Shown here piece by piece: positions 32,046-44,050 of a stretch of DNA of 64,000 nucleotides. Numbering within the stretch: the stretch's first letter is position 1; the number at the start of each line of letters is the position of its first letter. The position numbers and the translations under genes were made by a program. The notes beneath the pieces were generated by a model. It ran no database searches and was not told where the DNA came from. It saw nothing but the letters and a program-made list of their open reading frames with translations. Source of the DNA: Blastocladiella emersonii ATCC 22665 (taxonomy: Eukaryota > Fungi > Blastocladiomycota); assembly GCA_025594325.1 (NCBI GenBank), contig JANHCV010000007.1, positions 558,001 to 622,000 of the forward strand, read 5' to 3'.

Positions 32046-35000
32046 GCGGGATGCGGCGGCGGCACCGCCGCGTACCCGCCACCCGCCGGCGCGGCGCCGT
32101 ACTGGAGCTGGTGGTGGACGTGGTGCACGGGGACGCCGTACATGGCCGCGTACTCGGCGACGGCGGCGGCGGCCATCTCGGCCTCGCCCGGCGCCGCCAT
32201 CGCTGCTTGGGCTTGAGCCCCCGCGGCGGCCGTGGTCAGGTTGCCGTAGCTCGTGCGCAGCGGCGAGTGCTGCGCGGGGAGGAACCGCGCCGAGTCGCGG
32301 TACGACGACGGCGCGGAGCCGGGCTGCGACTGCTGCCCTTGTTGCTGCTGCTCGGGGACCGCAGCCGCGGCAGCCGCAACGACGCCCGGCGGGATCCCCT
32401 GCGGCGGCGCGAGGAGCGCGCCGGATGCCGCCGCCGCGACGGCCGCAGCGGCGAGACTCGCGCGGCGCGCGGCGGACGCGGCCTGTTGCTGGCCGGGCGA
32501 CTGCTGTGCGAACATGGGCGAGACGGTGCCCGAGAGCGCCCCCGAGAGATTGCCCTCCTCGATATCGCGCCACTCCTCGTCGTCGGTCGTCGCGCCTGTG
32601 TACAGCTCGAGGTGCGCGGGGATCTTGCGCTGCGCCGGGTTCCACGTCGGCATGCTCGAGTACCCGTAGTACGCGGCCGCAGCTGCGGCAGCCGCCTGCT
32701 GCTGCTGCTGTTGCTGCTGCGGCGTCATCTGCGCCTGCTGCGAGGGACCGTACCCGGCCGACAGCGGCAACCCCGCGCTGCGCGGCCCGTTCGAGCCCGC
32801 GGGCCACCCGTAGTACGCGTAGTCGGCGCCGGGCACGCCGGCGGCGGCGGCCTGGGGCGGCGGCGGGTACCGCGCAGCCTGCGCGTGCTGCTGCTGGTGG
32901 TGGTGGTGCGGCGGGGGCATGGGCGCGGCGCCGGGCGGGCCCCACGCGCCGACGCCCGCGGCGACAGCGGCGGCGGCCGTGTTGAGGTTGACCTGGGCGG
33001 CGTGCGCGGACGCGGCCGAAATGGACTGCGACCGGCCCTTGCGCAGCATGGGCATCTCCTTGGGCCCCGACACGGGCGCGCCGGCCGGCGGGTACAGGTT
33101 GTTGGTCGACTGGTGGTGCTGCTGCTGGAACGCGTGCTGCTGCGCGTGCTGTTGGGGCGGAGCGCCAGACGCGAGCACGCCCTGGGTGTCGGGTGGCCCA
33201 CTCGCCGCGACCGCAGCCGCGGCCGCCGCGGCCGCCGCAACCGTCTCCATGGACGACCCGCGGCGCACGCGGTTCTGCAGCGACGCCGAGAGGTCGGCGA
33301 TGCTGGACTTGCGCTTCTCCTGGCGCTGCGCGGCCGAGACCGCGGGCTGCGCCTGCTGCTGCGACGCCTGCTGCTGCTGAGACGCCTGCTGGCCGATCGG
33401 AATGGGCGCGGGCCCAGTGCCGCCGAGGTTGAGCCCGCCCATCATGGGCGCGAGGCCCGCGAGCGACGCCGATGACGACGACATGGTCTTGGACCGCTGG
33501 CGGCCGACGCGCGCGAGCGAGAGCGACGCGGTATCGGGTGGCGTGGGCGACTTGGCGGGCTGCTGCTTGACCGCGACGACCTGCTGCTGCTGCGGCGCCA
33601 CAGCGGCCGCCGCGGCAACGGGCGCGGGCGACGCGGGCTTAGTGGGCGGCGCGGCTCCCGGCTGCCACGGACCGCGGTACGTTGCGCCGGTGATGAACGG
33701 GTGCATGCGGGCCTGGTGGGCGGACCAGCGCTCGATCGGGTTGAGGTGCAGGGTGCCGCGGAGGAAGTCGATGAGGCACTCGCGGGCGCGCACGTGGTCG
33801 TCGAGCTCGGCGCCGGCGAGCTTGCGCGACATCGGGTACTGCATGACGACCTCGCGCAGCGTGGTGCCGGCAAAGTACCGCTTGCTGGGCTGCTCGGTGG
33901 TGCCGTGCTCGCGCGAGTACTGCTCGCGCGACTTGAGCTTGTAGATGGCGGTCGGCCGCGACGGGGTGCCGGTGCGCCGCACGACGGCGGTGCCGTCGGC
34001 CGTGGTGGCGGTCGCGGAGGCGCCGTTGGTCACGGCCGAAGCCGACGACGAAGACCCGCCGGCGCCCGTGGCGACCTTGTAAAAGTAGGCCTTGGCGTTC
34101 TTGCCGACCTCGATCATGTAGGTGGGCGGGACGCCGAGCATGTCGACGATGCGCGACACCTGGTTGTACTCGGACGTGCCGGGGAACAGCGGGAGCCCGA
34201 GGAACAGCTCGGCGACGATGCACCCGAGCGACCACATGTCGATGGCCGACGTGTACGGCAGACCCAGAAGCACCTCGGGCGAGCGGTAGAACCGCGACTG
34301 GATGTACGTGTACACGGTCTGGTGCTCCTGGCACGCCGACCCAAAGTCGATGACCTTGAGCTGGTTCTCGTGCAGGCCGCGCAGCAGGATGTTCTCGGGC
34401 TTGAGGTCGCAGTGGATGAGCTTGGCCTCGGACAGGCAGGTGAGGGCGTCGAGGATCTGCGACGTGAAGGAGCGGACGAGGGCGAGGTCGAGCCCGCGGA
34501 ACTGGTTCTGCTTGATGAGCTCGTACAGGTTGATGGACAGCTGCTCGAAGACGAGGCACAGGTGGCGGCGGAACACGAACGAGTCCTTGAGCCGGATGAT
34601 GTGCCGCTTGTCGCCGCGGTCGTACTTGGCGTTGAGCATCTCGAGCACGTTGACCTCCATGAGCGACTGGTTGAAGTACGCCGGCTTGTTCTTGACCACC
34701 TTGACGGCGACCATGGCCTTGGTCTTGAGGTGCTGGCACTTGACGACCTGGCCAAACGTGCCCTGGCCGAGCACGTCGATGATGACGTACCGGCGGTCCG
34801 CGTCCTCGCCGAGAATGTCGTTGACGTACAGGATGTAGTCGTTGTCCTCGTTGTCGAACCCGTCGTTCTTGGCCGGCTTGGACGGCTTGGTCAGCACGCG
34901 CCGCGGGTTCTGCTGCTGCGTGTAGTGGAACCCGGGGTTGGCCGCGCGGTACGTGTCGACGAGCAGCAGCGTCAGCTTGCACAGCAGCGAGTCGCGCGAC

Positions 35001-37482
35001 CGCCGCACCACCGACTTGCGGTGATCGCTCGGCGTCGACCCAGTCACCGCGGTGCCCGAAAAGAGCGGCACCGTGCCGCTGGCCGTCGAGCTGATGCTCA
35101 TGGTCTGCGACTTGCGCCGCTTGTGCCCGGCCTGCACGGGCGTCCACACCGTCGACGACCCGCGCGCCGCCATGCCGACGCGCAGGTCCGACCGCCGCCC
35201 GCCGAAAATCAGCTGCTGCATCGGGACCCGCGGCTTGCGCGGCGCCGACGTCGACGCGGACGCGCCGCTGCCCGTGGCGTTCTCGGCGACGACCGACTGG
35301 CGCGAGCTCGAGGCCCGCGCCGAGCCCGACGACGACGAGGAGGTCGCAGCAGGCGCGGTACCCGACGAAAGCGACCGAGCCGCCGCCGATGCCGCGCCGG
35401 CACCCGACCCCGGCCGACTCGCACCCGCCGCCGCCGCAGCCGCGGCCGCCGCCCCCGTCGCGCCCGACGGCGGCGTAGTCGACGCGGACATCCCGACCGG
35501 CACGGGGATCCGGGACCCGTACGGCGATTTGTTGCGCGGGAGGTAGGTTCGCGCGGTGGACGTCGCGGACTCATCCCCAGAATTCGCCGCACTCGTCCGG
35601 CCTGCACCCGCTGCCGCCGAGTGGCGGACGGACCGGCGGCGGTGCAGGAGCCCATCCGAGCTCGCGCCGCCCGACGACGCGGACGTCGTAGGCGTCGGCG
35701 GGGCCGCGATACTCACACTCCCGCGCGTCGACGTGAGGTTGGGCGCGGACCCGGCGGTCCCGGCCGGCAGCTTTCCGCCGCCGGCGACGAGGAGCGACGC
35801 GCGGTGGGCGAGGATTGAGCCGGCGGGGGCGCCGTGGTGCCCGGGCTGGCCGGGCGACGCCATGGAGATGGAGCTGGAGCGCGAGAGCGGCGCGCCGCCT
35901 CCGCCGGTCCCCGCGCCCGCGGACGGCGGTGACGTGGGCGACAGCATCGCGAGCATGGCGGCGGTGCTCCCGGCGCCCGAGGTGCGGAGCAGGCCGGCGG
36001 ACGCGCGCGGGGACCCGCTGGTGCCCGCGGCCGCCACCATCGCACCGCCCGTCGACGCGGTGGTCGCGGGCGACGGCAGGCGGTGGCTGGACGCGAGACG
36101 CGGGGTCGGCGACGGGGTGCCGTTAGGCCCCGCGGCGCGCGCGACGCCGGCGGGCCGCAGCGCGCCGGAACCGGAGTTGCCGTGCAGCGGGTTGGTCGAC
36201 CAGTCGGTCTGCATGCGCTGGGCGAAATCGACGGGCGTCATGGGAAGCGCCGACGACGAGTTGGACCGCGGGTGCGCGGCGGACGCGGACGCGGACGCGG
36301 TGCTGCCGCCCGTGGGCGTCGAGTGGAACGGCTCAATGTCGAGGCCGCCGGCGCCGAGGTCGAGGGCGAGGCCGAGCTGCTGGTCCGCCGCGGCGGCGGC
36401 GCCGGGAGTCGCCGAGGAGGTCGGCGCGATAGTCGGCGCGTGCGTGGCCGCAGCACTGCTCACGGAACTCGTAGGCGTCGGGGTCGACGCGGACGACGAC
36501 GAGGACGCGAGGTCGGCGAGCGTGACGTGGAACTCGCCCGAGGAGCTGCCGCCGGTCGGGCGCGAGCTACAACAACACCGTGCGTGTCAGTTCCGCGGTC
36601 CCGCGCAGTCAAAGAAAACTCAAAACCGTACCCGTCGGCGTGCGCTGTGTTGGCCATGTACCGCGACAGGCGGTGCGGGTGGTACCCGGCACCGCCGGTG
36701 CCCGCAGCATAGCGACCCGGCGAGCTCGTCCCATCACCAGGCGACGCGGATCCAGGCGAGCCGGACGACGCGTTCGGGATCGCGACGCTGCGGCGGGGCG
36801 ACGCCGATCCGCCATTCCCCGGCGACCCGCTCGAGCCGAGGTACGGCGGCGAGACGTATCGCGGTGACGGGATCGCCGACGCGTTCGCGCTGGCGACGCC
36901 CGAGTGCAGCGCGATCGGCGGCGGCGGGGCCGCGCGCTGCTGCGCCTGCTGCTGCTGCTGCTGCTGGGCGTGGAGCTGGGCCTGGATCTGCTGGACCTTG
37001 GACCGGGCCATGGCGGCGCTCAGGGTCGGCGTGCCGGTAGCGGCGGGCGGGGTCGCGGCAACCGCGGCGCCCTGCTGCTGCTGCGCCTGGCGCGCCTGGG
37101 CGGCGATGGCGGAGGCGCGCTCGAGGGCCTGGGTGACGTGCGGCGGGAGGAGGCCCGAGGAGGACGACGCGGTGGCGGTCGAGGAGGCGACGGAGCTGGC
37201 GCCGCCGTCGTCGCGCGGCGGGAGCGGCGGTTGGTCGGCCATGGCGGACTGGCGCTGGGCCTGATGAGCGGCGTGATGCTGCTGCTGCGGGGGCGGAAGC
37301 GGACGCTGGTGATGGAGCAGGTGCGGGTGCGGCGACGTCTCGTCCTCGACCTCCCAGCCGGCCATGTCAATAACCGTGTTGGACGGGTGCCGGGCGTGGA
37401 GCAGCGGGTGCGAGTGCTGGGTGGGTGCAGCAGCGGGGTCGGATGTAGAGGGAGAGGAGAGCGGCGGTCGTTCTTCGCTCAT
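31997..37482 (-). CDS. YAK1: Yak1/DYRK-family dual-specificity kinase, ~1806 aa, two exons
   Basis: Motifs GQGTFGQVVKC, HCDLKPENILL, DFGSAC and YTYIQSRFYRSPEVLLGLPY, plus the upstream NDGFDNEDNDYILYVNDILG box. Intron 36631-36567 (phase 2) joins ORF 36460-37482 in frame. Confidence 0.92.
32010..32045 (-). repeat. (CAG)n microsatellite encoding C-terminal poly-Gln of Yak1
   Basis: About 12 TGC units on the + strand. Confidence 0.9.
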
Positions 37483-38625
37483 TCCCGTAGCAGTCAGAGC
37501 TCGTCAGGACCGTCGTCGTCGTGCGGGGGAATGCTGCTACTGCTGCTACTGCGGTTGGTGTTGGTAGAGCTGCAGGAAGCGAGGAAGAGGAGGAGAGGAG
37601 GAGCGTGGCGGAGGAGCAGGCGGAGGAGCGAGGGGCGGCGTGGCTGAGCGAGAGGACCCAGGAAGCACACGCGGGCGAGAGTTTCGGGCACGGCCGGGGC
37701 GCGGCGCGGAGTAGGAGAACAGTGCAAGCACATCATGACACGACCACCGAGTCGGTTGGTAGTCGGTAGAGGAGGGGAAGCAGATACAAGAACGAGCAGA
37801 GTCGGCCGTCAGTCTCGCGCGTCCTGAGCACCACCGCGCTGCAGCAAGTGAGCACGTACAACACACACACACGCGATCGGAGTGCGATGCGATGACAGGG
37901 CGATGAAGAAGGCGAGGAGAGAAGGGATCAACACAAGGTCAGTCGCTGGAGGTCAAGCGCCATGTGCGCAGGCGCGGGCGCGTATTCTCGTCAACGTTGT
38001 CGGCGACCCCCCGTCGTTCGTTTCGGCAGACAGCGCGGCAACGACGTGCGCGCGGCCGAGCGCGGGGACCGGCCCAAAAATACGCCGAGAACGACACGAA
38101 GCGACGAGGGACCGCCGATGATCTTCTCGAGAGCGCTGCAGCTGCTGGTTACGCACCCCTCGTTCGTCGTCCTAGTCGTCACAGATTTCCCGTTGTAACC
38201 CGTCACAGTTGGTCGGTCGAGTGGCGCCCGGCGATGATGGCTCGCAGAAGCGGCAGTCGTGCGTGGGCAGGGCGATGCGTAGCGATGCGTTGCAGATGGG
38301 TCGGTTGAGGTGCACACACTCTCTCGCCTCGAGGCGTGCGGGTCGTCGGGGCAGCGAGAGGGAGGGGAGAGGGCGGAGGAGGGGGGCGTTCCGGGTCGGG
38401 TCGGGTGGCGGCGGCGCTGCCGCTGGCGTTTCGCGCTCGCCTCGCCCTCACCTGACCTCGCCGACCTCGCCGGCCTCCGCCGCCGCAAGCACCCTCACGC
38501 ACGCGTCAATCGTGAGATGCTTATACAAGTGCGATGCATTACTCGGAACAAGGTGACAAAAGGGAGAGAAAGCGAAATACAAATCGGTGAGGGGAGGATC
38601 AAAACTCACGAGCGCGAGGCGGACG

Positions 38626-40361
38626 TTACATATCCTGGCCCATCTCCTCGGGCGCCTGCTGCTCCTGCTGCTGGGGCTGGGCGCGCGCCTCCTTGCGGGA
38701 GAGGCCCGACACGATATCGTCGACGCGGAGGAGGAGGCACGCCGCCTCGAGCGCCGTCTTGAACGTCTGCACCTTGACGGCCGCGGGCTCCCACACGCCG
38801 TAGTCCTTCATGTCGGCGACGACGCCCTTGATGCCGTCGATCCCGAACGAGGACCCGGCGGCATCACCCGACGCGTGCTTGGCGCGCAGCGTCGTCAGCA
38901 CCTTGATGGCGTTGCCGCCGCAGTTCTGGACCAGCGTGCGCGGGATCACCTCGAGCGCGTCGGCGACCGACCGGTACGGCCACGAGACCACGCCCTCGAT
39001 CGACTTGGCCTTGGCCGCGAGCGCGACCGCGACCGCCATCTCGGTGGCGCCGCCGCCGGGCAGCAGCCGCGGGTTGAAGTACACGTTGCGGGCCACGGCC
39101 ATGGCGTCCTGCAGGTTGCGCTCCACCTCGTTGAGCACGTCCTTGGACGGCCCGCGGAGCAGGATCGTGCACGCCTTGGGGTCCTTGCACCCGACGAGGA
39201 AGGTGAAGTACTCGTCGCCAATCTTCTCGACCTTGAACTCGCCGCACGCGGTGCCGACGTCCGACTCCTTGAGGTCCTCGACGCGGTTGACGATGGTGGC
39301 GCCCGTGGCGCGGGCAATGCGGTTGTTGTCCATCTTGCGGACGCGGCGGATGGCCGTGATGTTGTGCTTGAGCAGGTAGTGCTGGGCGAGGTCGGAGACG
39401 CCCTTCTCGGTGAAGACAATGTCGGGCTTGACGGCGGCGATGCGCTCGCACAGGAGCTGGATCTGCTCCTCCTCGATCTCGAGGATGCGGTTCCAGTCCT
39501 CCTCCTTGGAGATCTCGATGTTGGTCTGCGACTCGCCCTTCTTGTACTCGAGCGGGCAGTCGAGCAGCACGACGCGCGGGTTGGCAATGTGGCGGCGCAT
39601 CTTCGGGTGGGTCACGTCCTTGTTGATCATGACGCCGTCGAGCACCTTGGACTCCTCGATCTCGCCGCCGGGCACCTTCTCGACGCGCGCGTACCGCTTC
39701 GTGTCCACGTCGATCTTGCCGCCGCCCACGTCCTGGGCGACGCACCGGACCGCGTCGAGGGCGAGGTGGCACATGAGGTCCGACCACCGCGACACGAACT
39801 TGGTGCCGAGCGTGGCCTTGACGAGGGCGAGCATCTCGTCCGTGTTGTGGATGTCGACGGGCTTGGCGATCGCGTCCATGACGACCAGCGCGTCGTCGAG
39901 CGCGCGCTTGTACGCCTGGATGATGACGATCGGGTGGATGTTGCGCTCGAGGTGCGGCGCCGCGAGGTGGAGCAGCTCGCCGGCGAGGATGATGACCGAG
40001 GTGGTGCCGTCGCCGACCTCCTCGTCCTGGGTGCGGGCCAGCTCGATCATGGACTTGGCGGCCGGGTGCGCCACCTCGCACTCGCGCAGAATCGCGTTGC
40101 CGTCGTTGGTCAGCACGATGCCGCCCATGGGGTCCAGCAGCATCTTGAGCATGGCCTGCGGGCCCAGGCACGTGCGGATGATGTCGGCCACCGTCTTGCC
40201 CGCCGCAATGTTGCTGAGCTGCGCCTTGCGCCCGCTCTCGCGGTTCTGGTTCGTGTCTAGATGCCGTGCGGGGGACGCGATCAGCCGTGGGTTGGGGTTC
40301 CGCGACGGCGACGACGGCGACGCGCGCGCCACGCACTCATCACAATGATCGGCTGTTGCAT
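38626..40361 (-). CDS. CCT3: T-complex protein 1 subunit gamma
   Basis: MQQPIIVM | NTNQNRESGRKAQLSN, with intron 40336-40257. Motifs GPQAMLKM, QDEEVGDGTTSV, EYKKGESQT, GPSKD and GGGATEM. Confidence 0.95.
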
Positions 40362-40870
40362 CATCTTGGCGAATTGGCGGGGAGGTTCTAGATCCGTAGA
40401 GAGAATGCAGAGCAAGGTTTTCCCACCAGAGAGGTCGAAGAGGAGGAGAGGAACGCGCGAGGTGGGCGCGAGCACGGCGGGTGGGCGTGGGACTCGGCGA
40501 GACGCGCGCGCGGCGGTCAGGGCCAGAGGGCGCCCCCTGGCCAGAAGCAGCAGGAAGGATCGCCTCACCCGCGGCGGAGACGCGGCCTGACACCACGTGA
40601 GATATCCTTTAGTCGCTTGGCGCTGCGTTCTTTTTATCTGGGATTAACATGTGTAATTTTTAGAATACCTCATAAATATAATGCGCAGTCAGATACACGA
40701 TTAATGAAGCGTAGAGTATAATTGGGCGGGAGAGCGTCACATGCCCTCACGACGCCCCGCTCGACCCTCAAGCGATCACCATTGCGCCTCAACTCACTCC
40801 CCTGCTCCACCAGCAACCACCGTCACTGCAACGTATCAACCCCACCGGGACTCGCTGCAACGGAACTGAA

Positions 40871-41554
40871 ATGTCGCTCCTGGCCCGCCTCGCCGTGACC
40901 GCCACGGGCGCCGGCGCCTCGCTGCTGTCGCGCCCGACCCTCCTCGCCTCGGCCGCTGCCCCGACGACGCTGGCCGCCGCCCTCGCGCAGAAGCGTTGGG
41001 CAACGAAGCGCTCGGGCGGCTCGACCAAGAACGGCCGCGACTCGCACTCGAAGCGTCTGGGCCTGAAAAAGTACGGCGGGCAGGGTGTAATCCCGGGCAA
41101 CATCCTGGTGCGGCAGCGCGGGACCGAGTTCCACGCCGGGCCCAATGTCGGGATCGGCAAGGACCACACGCTGTACGCGCTCAAGCCGGGCCACGTGCAC
41201 TTCTACCGCGCGTACAAGGTCAAGACGCTTGCCGGCGGGCGCACGCTCGCGCAGGAGCAGCAGTTTGTGCAGGTGATCCACCGCGACACCCACGCCGTCG
41301 CCTTCGACGCGCAGTCGGGCCGGCTCGACCTGTCCAAGGCGATCCTCGAGTCCGACACGGTGCGCCGCACGCTCGAGCGCGCGCGGACCCCGACGCTCCC
41401 GCCGACGCCGGCCGCCGAGTTTGTGCCCCGCCGCCGCGCGTTTGACAAGATCAACCGCGTCGAGTTCGACGAGCTCGTCACCGAGTCGTGGCGCGAGCGG
41501 TTGGGCGGCGACCACTGGATGGTCAAGCAGCGCGAGGAGAAGTTTGGCCACTGA
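40871..41554 (+). CDS. MRPL27: Mitochondrial ribosomal protein bL27m (Mrp7-like)
   Basis: Transit-peptide-like N-terminus, then [15 protein letters not shown]...RLGLKKYGG...[15 protein letters not shown]...GKDHTLYAL. Confidence 0.93.
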   Translation: MSLLARLAVTATGAGASLLSRPTLLASAAAPTTLAAALAQKRWATKRSGGSTKNGRDSHSKRLGLKKYGGQGVIPGNILVRQRGTEFHAGPNVGIGKDHTLYALKPGHVHFYRAYKVKTLAGGRTLAQEQQFVQVIHRDTHAVAFDAQSGRLDLSKAILESDTVRRTLERARTPTLPPTPAAEFVPRRRAFDKINRVEFDELVTESWRERLGGDHWMVKQREEKFGH

Positions 41555-41918
41555 GACCGTCGTTTTGTTGAGTCGTTATATTTTTTCAATCACTACTGCT
41601 ATAGCCCCTCACCTCGCCCTCGTGTCCCTGTACCTGTCTGTACCCCTGAGCGCGCATCGGCGATCCCGGGTTGTGTGGCGAGCTGATCGGCCCGGTCCAG
41701 TTCCGTCCTCGAATCTGCGTGCGTGCGGACGCGGACGCTCGGAAGAGGGAAGCGAACGCGCACTCAAACGCGCGGCGCGAGGACGCGAACGGCGCCTCGA
41801 TCGCCATGCAGACACGCCGCCCGGCAAGACGCCCACGCTTGGCCTGCTGTCCGCCCGTTCGCCGCCGCCGCTGCACGTTTTCTCTCCGCTCTCTCTCTTT
41901 GCAACTCAACGCACCACC

Positions 41919-44006
41919 ATGGATCAACACCACCACCCGCCGCCGCCATCGCTGCCGCCGCTGCCGCCCCTCCCGCCGCTGCCGCACGCGCTCGCCGACG
42001 CGCGCGCGACCGTCGCCGCCATCGCGGCCGCCCGCGACATCCACGCTGTCGCGCGATACGTCGACGCGACCCAGCTGCGCCACCTCGTCGGGACCGCGAG
42101 CGCTTCGGCGGCTGCTCCGGCGAGTGGCGGGAGTGCGCCGACGTCGCCCGACGTTGCAGCCACCGCAGCCGCAGGGAGTCCGTCCGCCGGCGGCGGCGCG
42201 GCGGGCGCGGGCGACCTCGCGTACGCGTCGACGGTCATCGCCATGCACGCCATCGCGTCGCGGCGGCTGTACCACCAGCTCGGCCTGACGCTCGAGGTAC
42301 TTCCCCCCCCCCCCCTCCCTCCCACTTCGCTCCACTCACACCCTCCACAACAGACCTACTTCCGCACCAACTACGCGCTGACACGCAGCCAAGTCTACCG
42401 GATCCTCGACTGCGGCGCGGTGCTGCACGACCTGCTGTCGGAGCCCGCCGCCATCGCCGACCTCGCCGCGCTGTGCCCGTTCCCGCGAAAGCACCGCGTG
42501 TGCAAGAGCATCCGCGAGCTCGCCGCCACCCCCGCCGCGAGGCAGATCCTGTGGGCGACGACGCTCGCAACCGCGTGGGCGGCCGGGCGCAGCCTCGACG
42601 CCATCTCGTCGCAGCACGTTCGCGCCGCGCACGAGGCGATGGCGCGGAACGCTGAGGGGAGCGCGGCGGCTGCTGGTGGTGCGGGGGAGGAGTCGACCGC
42701 GTCGGCTACGCCCGCCCTCGTCGACTACACGGCCGCAACCACGACGACGACCGGCGTCCCCGCGACCGCCGCCGGCTCCCCACCGCCGCCACCCGTCTCG
42801 TTGTCGGTCCCCGTCATGTCGCCGACCTCGGTCCCGAGCACGCGCAGCAACTCGATCGGGTACACCCCCGCACCCGCACCCGCGCCCCTCGCCTCTGCGC
42901 CGAGCTCAGGCTCCGCGTCCTCCTCGTCCATGCTCGTCCCCGCCGCGCCCGCCGTCGCGCCCGCCGCCATCGAGCCGGGCATCGCGTGGCAGCACCAGCA
43001 GCACACGCAGCAGCACCCGCACCCGCGCAGCGCCTCGCTCCTGTCGCCGACACCCACCACGGCCTCGTTCACGACGTCGACGATGACGCAGTCGCCGCGC
43101 GACCACCACGGACACCACGGGTACCACCATTACGGCGGCGGCAGCAACGCGCAGCTCGGTAGCGGCAGCCTGTACACGCCGCCGCTCCCGGTCCCGCTCC
43201 CGCCGTTGCCGAGCTTCGATGACCGTGTGCGCGACCGCGACCATGAGCGGGATATCGAGCGCGAGCGGGATATCGAGCGCGAGCGGGATATCGAGCGCGA
43301 GCGGGATATCGAGCGCGAGCGCGATCGGCCGGTGCCGAACGGGATTCATCATCACCAGTACCGCGGACCTAACGGCGGCGGCGGCGCGTACCCACCACCA
43401 CCACCGCCCCCGTCAGCCCACGCGCGCGGGCAAGGGAACGGCGACGACGGGTACTACGACGACGCGGGCTACGACCGGACACCGAATGGCGGAGGAGGGG
43501 GAGGGCCGCCGCCGCTCCCACCGCTGCCGTCGTTTACCCGCGCAGCGCAGCAGCAGCAGCGACAGCAACCGCCAGCGCAGCAGTACCCGCACCACCCGCT
43601 GCACCATCCATACCACCACCCTCACCACCCGCACCACGGCGACTCGTACGACGACCACGACGACGACGAAGACTACCACGACGACCCCGACCCCGACCCC
43701 GCCTCGGCCTCCGCCATGTCCGTCGACCACCACCATGACCCGGAAGACGACTCGGCCGTCGCCGAGTACATATCCGCGACCATCGGGTGCATCCAGGAAC
43801 TCGCGCGCCGCGGGTACGTGCTGCAGGCCGGGTACCAGGGCGAGTGGCTCGACGGCGTCACGACGTGGCGGTTCTTGCCGCCCGACCGCAACGGCAACGG
43901 CGGCAACGCCGCGGCGGCGGCCGCGGGGCAGCACGACGAGTGGACGTGGCCGCCGCCGCCTCCGCCGCCGCCATCTGGCAGCGGTGCCCAGCACCATGAG
44001 CGGTGA
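41919..44006 (+). CDS. Hypothetical low-complexity protein with a putative helix-turn-helix-like domain
   Basis: ATG at 41919 and a 57-nt in-frame intron at 42297-42353. Ordered segment IASRRLY..TYFRTNYALTRSQVYRILDCGAV and a second ordered segment near the C-terminus. Confidence 0.65.
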   Translation: MDQHHHPPPPSLPPLPPLPPLPHALADARATVAAIAAARDIHAVARYVDATQLRHLVGTASASAAAPASGGSAPTSPDVAATAAAGSPSAGGGAAGAGDLAYASTVIAMHAIASRRLYHQLGLTLEVLPPPPLPPTSLHSHPPQQTYFRTNYALTRSQVYRILDCGAVLHDLLSEPAAIADLAALCPFPRKHRVCKSIRELAATPAARQILWATTLATAWAAGRSLDAISSQHVRAAHEAMARNAEGSAAAAGGAGEESTASATPALVDYTAATTTTTGVPATAAGSPPPPPVSLSVPVMSPTSVPSTRSNSIGYTPAPAPAPLASAPSSGSASSSSMLVPAAPAVAPAAIEPGIAWQHQQHTQQHPHPRSASLLSPTPTTASFTTSTMTQSPRDHHGHHGYHHYGGGSNAQLGSGSLYTPPLPVPLPPLPSFDDRVRDRDHERDIERERDIERERDIERERDIERERDRPVPNGIHHHQYRGPNGGGGAYPPPPPPPSAHARGQGNGDDGYYDDAGYDRTPNGGGGGGPPPLPPLPSFTRAAQQQQRQQPPAQQYPHHPLHHPYHHPHHPHHGDSYDDHDDDEDYHDDPDPDPASASAMSVDHHHDPEDDSAVAEYISATIGCIQELARRGYVLQAGYQGEWLDGVTTWRFLPPDRNGNGGNAAAAAAGQHDEWTWPPPPPPPPSGSGAQHHER
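43245..43316 (+). repeat. Four perfect 18-bp tandem repeats (GAGCGGGATATCGAGCGC) encoding ERDIER
   Basis: Direct reading of the sequence. Confidence 0.95.
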
Positions 44007-44050
44007 CGGTAGCAGCATCTATATCGTTATGTTTTGATACCACCAGCACA

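Noticed and set aside
32009-35818. Long antisense and alternate-frame ORFs over Yak1 (e.g. 33701-35818 +, 33639-35147 -), and similar ones over CCT3, Paf1, PPR and RUS1
   Set aside because: Expected shadows of near-100% GC at third codon positions. They are Arg/Ala/Gly-rich and show no motifs.
38626-40596. 656-aa CCT3 with a long N-terminal extension, as given by the ORF track
   Set aside because: The extension reads through an intron and 5' UTR. The real start is MQQPIIVM at 40361.
41421-41918. N-terminal 166 aa of the 861-aa ORF
   Set aside because: It overlaps the MRPL27 end and intergenic sequence and lacks codon bias. The ATG at 41919 is the plausible start.
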